From assembly GCA_012026655.1 (NCBI GenBank), contig JAAILG010000005.1, positions 124,001-188,000 on the forward strand: 64,000 nucleotides of DNA, in the 5' to 3' direction. The notes beneath the pieces were generated by a model. The model did no database searches and was not told the origin of the DNA. It was given only the letters and a program-made list of their open reading frames with translations. Source of the DNA: Hydrolagus affinis. Lineage: Eukaryota. Below are positions 63,356-64,000 of this stretch, in pieces. Position 1 is the first letter of the stretch; each line of letters opens with the position of its first letter. The translations under genes were made by a program, and so were the position numbers.

Positions 63356-63707
63356 CTTCGTGATGGAAACCCCTCACGGTGTTGGCCCGACTCGCCGATA
63401 TCTCGGGATAATCGAAGTTGATGTCGTGGGTGATCTCGTCCCCAGACTGAAGCCTGTACAGATCCAGCATATACTGGGGAATGACGGCAGATTTGCTGGG
63501 CTGTGGGCGTCGTTGCAATCCGAACATGTTAAGTAAAGTGGCCTCGAATTCCCGTAGCAGTTCATGGTTTTGCGGAGAGCGACGTCCACCCGCCTGGTTT
63601 TGCTCAGCGAACTTCTTCCTTCCTTCCTCGGGTATTAGACTAGCATTACCTCCCAGTAAGACTTGGCATAATAAAATTACCATCAGCATTCGGTTACCAG
63701 GAATCAT
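63356..63707 (-). CDS. bmp4: Bone morphogenetic protein 4, first coding exon (signal peptide and prodomain N-half)
   Basis: [20 protein letters not shown] is the diagnostic BMP4 N-terminus; ends ..[12 protein letters not shown]. The exon begins at 63714 (CCGTAG|AGACACCATG), giving 7 nt of 5' UTR and a Kozak-like ACCATG. Confidence 0.97.
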
Positions 63708-63724
63708 GGTGTCTCTACGGAGCG

Positions 63725-63770
63725 CAAAAAACACACATACACACACACACAACACACACACACACACAAA
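63725..63770 (-). repeat. (TG)n tract abutting the 3' splice site of the ATG exon
   Basis: Minus strand (TG)n..TGTGTTTTTTGCGCTCCGTAG|. Confidence 0.9.
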
Positions 63771-63807
63771 AGGAGCGAGAATTAGAGTAATCTTCAATCA
63801 ACGCCCC

Positions 63808-63935
63808 AGAGAGAGCGAGGGAGAGAAAGAGAGAGAGAGAGAGAGAAAAAGAGAGTAAGCAAGAAAGAGAGCGAGAGAGAGAGAGAGAGTGAGTGAGAGG
63901 GAGAGAGAGCGCTACACAGAGAAAGAAAAGAAGAG
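63808..63935. repeat. (GA)n polypurine tract in the upstream BMP4 intron
   Basis: About 120 nt almost purely purine on plus. Confidence 0.9.
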
Positions 63936-64000
63936 TGAAAGAGGTATAATTACTTGGTCTGACTCGGTTACAGTTAAATAGCCCCATAATCAGTCAGATA

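Noticed and set aside
63708-63797. 30-aa N-terminal extension of BMP4 in the ORF track
   Set aside because: Starts at TTG inside the intron and runs through a (TG)n tract and the splice acceptor; the true start is ATG 63707.
1-64000. CRISPR array, operon or prokaryotic defence system
   Set aside because: The DNA is vertebrate; direct repeats occur only as two-copy duplications or dispersed SINEs, never as repeat-spacer arrays.

Overview
Eukaryotic (vertebrate) genomic DNA: AT-rich, CpG-depleted and rich in microsatellites. The repeat families look like those of a cartilaginous fish, probably a holocephalan such as Callorhinchus; this is inferred from recalled repeat consensi, not from a search. 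The only host gene is BMP4, on the minus strand at the right end. It has two coding exons (63356-63707 and 61371-62248; 409 aa) and a conserved 3' UTR/poly(A) block; its 5' non-coding exons and promoter lie beyond the window. The other ~60 kb is the 3' gene desert. It holds decayed CR1, L2 and RTE LINE fragments, many copies of a tRNA-headed SINE with an (ATT)n tail, older DeuSINE-like and LF-SINE-like copies, Penelope-like terminal-repeat relics and several repeat-free enhancer-like blocks. Nearly all short ORFs in the track are noise. I do not see a clearly new multi-gene system. The best leads are: (i) hammerhead-ribozyme motifs with covarying stems in the Penelope-like relics (17.6 kb, 35.3 kb); (ii) unusual BMP4 protein features (Gly-rich insert between the furin sites, C-terminal His, knuckle Pro); (iii) a conserved double palindrome in the 3' UTR; (iv) a nested retro-insertion with a target-site duplication (TSD) and a fold-back junction; (v) candidate BMP4 enhancers.
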